Origin: Bipalium vagum
Taxonomy: Eukaryota
Direction of reading: 5' to 3'
DNA: 44,985 bases
NCBI GenBank assembly: GCA_037834085.1
Contig: JBBMKC010218352.1
Coordinates: 1-44,985, forward strand
Every line of letters starts with the position of its first letter. Position 1 is the first letter of the stretch. Position numbers and translations under genes: made by a program. The notes under the pieces were generated by a model. That model ran no database searches. It was given only the letters and a program-made list of their open reading frames with translations, and was not told the DNA's origin. Shown one piece after another: positions 37,230 through 44,985 of the stretch.

Positions 37230-37760
37230 AGCACATTAAAAAATATATCAGATGAAAAGCTGCAGACATTATAAGAGTGTTAAAAGATGCTGATATGACA
37301 TTGATATGTACTCTCAAAATTTAGGTGTATCCTACATATTAGTTGCTAAAATTTATTGCGATTTTTACAAAACAGGTTAGGTTAAAAAAACTAAAGGTCG
37401 GCGGCGAGAAACTTAAAAAGCTTTTACTCAAATAAATATTGTTTTTACAATCTTTATTAGTAGAAGAATGCACTCTAATCCTAAAAAAATAGAAAAAAAC
37501 TAATTAATAAGTTTTCAAAATGTTATAATTTTTCTACCAGCATACAGTACTATTTTAAACCTAATCGAATACATATTTTCGAAATGGGAAAGTATTGTAC
37601 GAGCTCAAAGAGTAACAACTGGGCCTAAACTGAGGGCAATAATGGAGAATTTTTAAAATATTTTGACAATATCCTATTAAGAAAAGTATGTTTGACATGT
37701 TACCACAAACATTATTAAATGCTTAGGAGGCACAAATAGTTTTGAGGTTTGAATGAAAAG
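37230..37760 (+). mobile_element. Second IS630-like remnant, internally deleted
   Basis: KVGGEKLKKL...LVEECTLIL N-terminal part, joined to FLPAYSTILNLIEYIFSKWESIVR. Confidence 0.75.
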
Positions 37761-38029
37761 TTTGTTTTCTATGAATACTTTTCTGTTTCTGATTTCTAAT
37801 CAGTAGCATGTCATCCTAATTTTTTTAGTAATAATTAACTATAGACGGTACGCCATGATTGTTAGCTTAACTGGCTAACCACAAGCACTAAAAGAACTAA
37901 AGAATAGCATATAAGCCAGTAAATATTCATTATTTTAGACCAGAAAATTATCAGAAAAACCTGGCATTTTTTCAATTATGTTTTCAATGGTAAGTAAATA
38001 TGAAAACAATAAAATCAAAAAAAGAAAAA

Positions 38030-39060
38030 AATTTATTTCTCAATGTAGCCTCCTACAAGTTGAATACGATTTATTAAGAATTTCTCAAAATCTTTGATGC
38101 CATTGTTGTAAGCCAATTTCTCGATGCTTGCAAAATAGCCAGCCACAGAAGTAATCACGTCTTTATTTGACGAAAATCTTTTTCCAGCTAGAAATTTCTT
38201 CAGGTTTCTGAATAGAAAAAAATCTGACGGGGCCAGATCTGAAGAAAAGGATAGATTTGGAACTAATTAAAAATGAATTTTTAAAATTTTTTTCATGGAA
38301 ACTTTAGATGCGTGGGCAAGTGCATTATCATGGTAGCAAATATTTTTTCCTCGACAGATCTGGATGTTTCTCATGAATATGCTGGAACAGTTTATCAAGT
38401 ACGTTTGCTTAATTTAATCCATTAATCGTTTTATCTTTTTCAAGGGAGTTCATGAAAATATTATCTATTGCATCCCAGAAAATGGTGGCTAGAATTATTC
38501 CGACGGAGGGAACCGTTTTGCTTTCTTTGGAGCTTGTTAATCCTTTGCTTTTCATTCCGTTTATTGAATTTTGTTTCTAATATATAATGAGAACCCCGGT
38601 TTTGTCCACAGTGATAAATCGATTGAAGAAAATTGAATGATGTCGTATAATTTGCAAACACTGCTCCGAAGTTGACACAAGCTGTTTTTCCTGTGGCGTT
38701 ATCAGATGTGGTACCAATCTTGTACACAGCTTTCTAAGACCATATTCTTCATGCAAGATATATTGAACACGTTCTTTTGAGATGACTGTAGCTTGAGCAA
38801 TCTGAATCAGTTTTAATCTACAGTCTGTCAACACGATTACTTTGATATTTTTAATCATTTCCTGGAAGGTAGCTAATTTGATCTACCAGATCGGATGAAA
38901 TTCGGCAATCAATTTTTAAATAGTTTTTAATGTGTGAATATTAATTTAATGTTGTACCAAAGTCGCTCTTGATTGCCATTGGACTTATTCCTTTAATATT
39001 CAGATATTTAATTACTGGTTGTATTTCTTCTTTTTGAATTTTTCTAAAATTGTTCAAATA
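38030..39060 (-). mobile_element. Decayed mariner transposase
   Basis: ISKERVQYILHEEYGLRKLCTRLVPHLIT, FFNRFITVDKT, SDLAPSDFFLFRNLKKFLAGKRFSSN. Confidence 0.92.
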
Positions 39061-39199
39061 TGACACTTAAAATTCATATATTACTTAAACAACACTGCCT
39101 ATTTTAATGTAATTTTGTATTTTGATTACTGAATATTAGTTTTATAAAATTTATATGCAAAGGCATAAATATTGCGCCACCATATTGTATTCAACGAAC

Positions 39200-40113
39200 T
39201 TTTCAATCCAACCTTGTATTAGGTATATTGATATGAAAAAGAGCACAATGTTTGAAGATGAGGAATTGACACAATCACTACACGAAGACTCATGTCATAC
39301 GGAAACCGAACTGTTCATTGTGTTAAATGTGAGCCAAGGATGAGAAGTATGGAAATAATTAGAGAATTAGAGAAAGGGGAATGACATAGATTAATGAAAA
39401 GAGATTTTGAAAGGCGACTTAAAATTTGTGATATCCATCTTCAGAGACAACAAAGAAAGGTTCTTGAATAGGATTGTGACAGGAGACGAGATATGGATTC
39501 CATATGATAACCAAAATCACAAATTTTTTTTTAATGAAGCCTGGCGAACCAAGTATATTAATGCCCAAACAGAATATCTATTGGTCTAAAGTGATTCTGT
39601 GTACCGGATGGGATCAAAAAAGTAATATTTATTATGAACTGTTGAAACCATCAGAAACGATGACGGATGAACATTATCAATCCCAATTAATTCGTTTGAA
39701 GCAAGCTCTGAAAGAGAAAATGTCAGAATTGGCGGACAGACATCATAAGATAATTTTAGTACACGAAAACTCCAAACCGTTATCTACCTTAAATTCTATT
39801 GTAAAAATAGGCAAAAATTTGAAAGTCTTACATCACCCATCATATTCACCAGATATTGTTTCCATTTTGTTCTGCTCGATGCAATCCGCGCATTCTGGGA
39901 ATCCGTTCAGTTCCGTTGAAAACCTTCAAGAATAGATTGATAGATAGATTTTTTCAAATGAACCAAATTCTTTTTTCGTGGAATCCTTTTGTTCCTTAAA
40001 GATGGTTCAATGTCATATCTGTAAATGGAAAATATATTTTTTTAATGTTATTAAATAAAACTTTTAAAAAATGTCTTTTTATTAAAAAAGCCGGAATCAA
40101 ACTATTACACTAT
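39200..40113 (+). mobile_element. Decayed mariner transposase
   Basis: FLNRIVTGDEIWIPYDN, KVILCTGWDQKSNIYYELLKP, HENSKP, HPSYSPDI. Confidence 0.92.
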
Positions 40114-41293
40114 TATCTGATCTGAAGAGGAACTCCATAACCTCGACTCCAGTACTCAGGACTAAATCACTGGTCGTGTTCCTACACTTAGCTAAATATA
40201 ATTATATAGATTCATCTTAGTTTTTGACCTTGTAGTCCAATTATGCAATTGATTTACTACAATTTCTCAAATATGACAATATTTTTTGAGGGAGAATGAT
40301 TGAATGAAACGCAAAAGTTCTTATGAAAAAAATTTATAAGCATTTTTTTCTTTTTATAATATTTTTTTTAATAAAAAATCAACCTTTATCTTTATAAAGG
40401 TGGATTAATTGGTGCTAGTATACATCTATTGAAACTGATATTATTTCTTAATTTATTACAACTAAAATTACGATGAGATTAACTTCAAAACAACTATAGA
40501 TTTTTAAAGTAAAAATCTAATTTATAGTTAAAATATAACTTTTTTGAATGGTCAAAAAGGCAGCATATTTTTAGCCCTTTCTTTATGTATGATAATATAG
40601 AATAATTATGAAATAAAATTATCATTTTATTTGACATTAAATAAAATTAAAATAAAATTAAATCTGAAGAACTGAATTTTGAATTTTATTCGTTTTAATA
40701 ATCCGTTTTGTCCATTCTGAATTCGAGTAACATTTTTAATTGATTTTTCTAAATGGAACGAGGATTCACTGAACTGAACATGTGAAAATATTTTGATAAT
40801 GCAAAATTGAATTTTCCATATCCATTTTAAACAAAAACTAACATTCAATCAATTAAAATTTGGTAAACCATTTTCTTAGTAAATTTAAAATTCTCATTTA
40901 AATTATTTTATTTTACAAAAAAACCAAAATTCATTGTATAATTTTAATGGAAATTAAATTTTTTCTCATATTTTATAAAATAAATATATTTTGAATGCTA
41001 AGAACATTATTAATTATATTTTTATTATTATTCACAAATAGATTCAAAATATCTATTATTTGTACGCTAAAAATCCCAATAATAATTAGTAATTAATTAA
41101 CCGATTAAAACTATTTGCTTTGAAAGGTGCCGTATTATAAATTTTTCATTAAACGTTTTTGGCATTTATAATTTTTAAATATTTCAATAATAATATTCAT
41201 AATAAAAATATTTATCAATTTTGATATTCGTTGAGAATATTTATAAAAATAAAATTGATTATAACACAATTAAAACAGATTTTCAAATTTATA

Positions 41294-42190
41294 CAGGTGG
41301 CCCAAAATTCTCAAAAGAAGTAATTTTTATATAAAAAACGAATGTATTTAATAAATTATTATAAAATTAAATTACTTAAAAAATTAATAATAATAATAAA
41401 TATTAAAATATATTCAATATATAAAAATATATCACAAAAAATATACCGTCATCATATATTATAAAAATATATTATAAAATTAAAATATAATATAATTAAT
41501 TTTAAAGTATAAAAATTATTAATATCTTATTGATTCATCAATCATTTTTCATAGGATTATTAAAAATAGAGAGCTATACAAAAGACGAAATGATTTTAAT
41601 TTTTGAAAAATGCTTCAAAATAAATAAACCTAGCAGCTGCAATTCGCAATTTTCTTAAAAAATATTGTCGGAATGATGATTTAACTTGATCAACTGCAAG
41701 AAAAATAAAACATTCAAAACGACTAGATCAATTAGTGATGTTAGGTAATCTGGCCATCCTTCAACTAGTCGTTCAACAAAGACATCGAAGCAATTCGTGA
41801 GAGTATTGCTGAGAGTACAGGAACATTGATTCGGTACCATTGTCAAAAATTGGAAATTCGAAAAGTTCTCTAAAACGTATTCTCATTAAAGATTTTAATC
41901 TACATGCTTATAATGTTTGATTGTGTCTATAGGCGAAACCTACTGATCATGGCCTAAAAATGGAGTTCTTTGAATGGTTTATGAAACAGCAATCAGATTT
42001 TAATTTTTCGAAAAATAGATTTTCAGTGGTGAAACTTATTTATATGTTAATGGTTTCGTAAGGTGTCAAAATATCACATTTAGAGCTTAGAAAATCCAAA
42101 AGCGACTGTTAAACGAAAAATGCATCAACACTGTGTCACTGATGTGGATTTTGGACAGGAGGCATCATCGGATCGTTCTTAATTGAATCT
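41294..42190 (+). mobile_element. Decayed DD37D/DD41D-type element, 5' part
   Basis: TA-CAGGTGGCCCAAAA TIR-like start; RILIKDFNLHAYNV, PTDH..MEFFEW, CGFWTGGIIGSF. Confidence 0.75.
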
Positions 42191-44241
42191 GTATTATTTT
42201 TATAATCATATATTTCTTCTTTTAAGGCAAAGACAGGTCACAACAGCCAATTATTTATCATAGTCAACAAATCTAGATTCATCCAACTCTTCAGTCCTGT
42301 ACCTTTATTGATAAGCCAAGTAACATACTAGTAAATATCTTAATTATGTGCTCTCTAAAGTTTCTATTAAATGAGTATGGTATAAATAATTAAGTAATCA
42401 TCTGAAAGTTTTTGCTAACCCATTTTTTGGAGAGATTTGCATAATCATAGTTAAACTGAACTGGATTAATTTGTAACGAACAAGTGATCCCAGCTTTGAC
42501 GACTTTGCAAAACATTCAATTGACAAATGGATTGTTGAGAAAGTCAGAATTCAGTTTCCGTTTCCAGAGCTGAATGAATTTTATTTATTATATTTTTTAT
42601 TTATTATTTGTTATTTTCACTACCAATCATTTTAAATAACTGAATAAAAATTCACATCATTAAGACAAATTATTATATTTTAACATTTAAAATTGATTAA
42701 AACAATTAATTTCATTTCATACTGTGGTTTCGAAAAAATTCTTGATGGAAGGAAAGTTATGAAAATATAAATAATATAAATTAATATTGTTGAGTTAGCC
42801 AAGAGCACATCCCTGTTAAAATTCATATGATAAAGACCGCAAAAAGGTTAGAAGTGAATAATAATTAATAATAACAATAATTAATAAAATAAAAATAATA
42901 ATAATTATTATTATAATTAATTAAAAAGTACAAACTTAATTAATAAAAAGTAATTTTTTATTTTCTAAAAGGATCTAATCTTGACAATGGCGAAGCTAAA
43001 TTGCCAAGATTAGATCAGGGTCCGCAAATAGGGACCCTTTTATAATTATAGAGCTAAAAAGGGAATTGACATTCCCCATTGATAAAACTGGTCTACGATT
43101 GATTGATTGTCTGACTAGAATAGCATTTAAGGAGTTGGAATCCGCACTGGATTGCCATAAAATTCTTTGAAGAAAACCAAGTCGGAAGAAATTTTGAGAA
43201 GAACTGCGAAACTATTGAAGAGAACGGCGAGACCATTGAAGAGAGCTACATCAAAAGAAATTCAAATTTTACTTGGTACATCAATCTTTATGCCTTATAA
43301 GTGACAGGAGCTTACGATGGGTCCTGTGCTGCTAGGGGATTTTCTGAGCGAATCGGATTGGGCTCAGCAAACCACATTTTGGACCCTTCGTTCACATATC
43401 ATTGTTTTTCTATCTTTAATTTTCTGTTAAAAAACCTTTAATTTTATTGACATGTTGATTAAACATTTATTAACATTTTGATTTAATTGATATTATCTGA
43501 TTATTGATTGATTCATATTATTCTGTATTTTTGAATTTTGTAGAGTCATTTAACTTTTACGATTGTGTAATTGTAAAATTTTTATTTACAATTCGATTTG
43601 ATTATTATGCTTTAGTGATACATTGTGGTTGTAACTTTGATAATAAAGTATTATTTGTAGTTGTTTTAATTCATTCGGTTGCGTACACGTTTTGACAAAA
43701 GTGAAGGGTCAGTAAACTTTACGAGCTAAGTGTTATGATAGGGTTCATTGCAGTACGTATTATTATATTCTTAAAACCTAAAATATTATATTAATGATAT
43801 ATTAATAAAATTTCGTTGAGTAAAATTTTTATTAATTTTAATTAGTAAACTTAAATTTTCTGGTATAAGAAACAGATATTTCTGAAAAACAATTACTATT
43901 TTATAAATAAATCAGTGTTTTCATCTGTCAAAGAAACACTCAATGAAATTTATGGATTTTTTATAATGAATTTTGAGAATTTCATTTAAATGAATTATAA
44001 TATAATGGAAAAATTAAAAATAATATTCGATAAAGATTTTTTTTGGAATTTTTTCTTGAATATTATGAAATTTCCGATTATATTTATTTTTATTAACGAT
44101 TTATCTATTTTCTTAGTGTTTATTAAAAGAAAATGTGTCAGAAACAGATATTTAATTAATAATCACATCCTGAAAATTGATTAATAATAAAAATTGAAAA
44201 TATTTCCATTATTTTATAACAGAAATGGGATATTATTTTAG

Positions 44242-44678
44242 AATGAAATCAGAAATTGTGTACCAGATGAACAGATTGACGGTAATTAATATTTTCCAGA
44301 GAGCATTAACCGAAACTTTGTCCAAACATGAATGGGATAATTTGAATAAATAAAAATTATCATAATTATAGATATTTTCATTAAATAATCTTCCAAATTA
44401 CCTATGGAATTTGTCACAAAAATAATTTTTTTGAAATAATGTTATTATTTTATATTATTGTGAAAACAAATAAACAAAAATCTCTTGTTAATATTTCTTA
44501 TTACATTAGGCAAAAAGTAAAAATTGTAATTTGCATCGCAATTATGTGATAGGATATGTAAATATTTATCCTTGTTTTTGTTAATTACATGTTAGATTCT
44601 ATTTGTTGGGTTTAACAGAGGCGTACAAGGTTTTAACGATTGAATTTAGCTTTCCGAGAATGATAATAATAGTAATAT

Positions 44679-44741
<63 letters not shown>

Positions 44742-44903
44742 GGTTTTCAAAATATTTTGTAAATTATACAATAATTAAAGATATAAAATTTTATTTAACA
44801 AGTACATAATAAATACATAATTACATATTAAAAGTCTTCTCTTTCTAGACCGTTTATTGGAAATCTATGCATATGATAAAAATAATTATCACAATGATTA
44901 CTT
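44242..44903 (+). CDS. Candidate exons (44242-44281, 44849-44903) of a third gene, possibly C2-domain-like
   Basis: TTTTAG/GTAATT and CTTTCTAG/GTTAGT boundaries join in phase to give NEIRNCVPDEQIDDRLLEIYAYDKNNYHNDY, resembling C2 'VP.E.L..R.LEI.V.D...ND'. Short and unverified. Confidence 0.3.
44681..44738 (+). repeat. (AAT)n microsatellite
   Basis: Perfect AAT run. Similar degenerate tracts occur near 8100-8155, 16835-16880 and 21420-21445. Confidence 0.95.
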
Positions 44904-44985
44904 GTTAGTAGGTCTACAAATATGACTCCGCCGTTTTTATTTTTTATAATTAAAATTAAAATGAAATTATTTTTTTGTATATTTG

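Noticed and set aside
1-44985. CRISPR array, prokaryotic operon or alternative genetic code
   Set aside because: No regularly spaced repeats. The genes are spliceosomal and translate cleanly in the standard code, and in-frame stops occur only in decayed transposons.

Overview
Very AT-rich, intron-rich animal (probably invertebrate) genomic DNA with two assembly gaps. Most six-frame ORFs are spurious, and the real genes appear only after splicing. (1) A + strand PACS-family gene (phosphofurin acidic cluster sorting protein, PACS1/PACS2/KrT95D-like). I joined 12 exons from 1231 to 29187 with consistent phases (723 codons plus stop); its 5' part lies upstream of the window. (2) A complete 4-exon, 95-aa SAM-domain gene of the Aveugle/SAMD10/SAMD12 family on the - strand (36988 to 33113), entirely missed by the ORF track and convergent with PACS. 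(3) Weak evidence for a third, + strand gene near the right end (C2-like exon). Introns and intergenic DNA hold many decayed IS630-Tc1-mariner elements and MITEs. The most unusual signals are a two-copy tRNA-Ala-like repeat clamped by its own inverted flanks, a fused acceptor/donor site (CAG-AG-GTAAGC) inside the largest PACS intron, and frequent AAG acceptors with poor pyrimidine tracts. I found no clearly new multi-gene system. Family assignments come from remembered motifs, not database searches.
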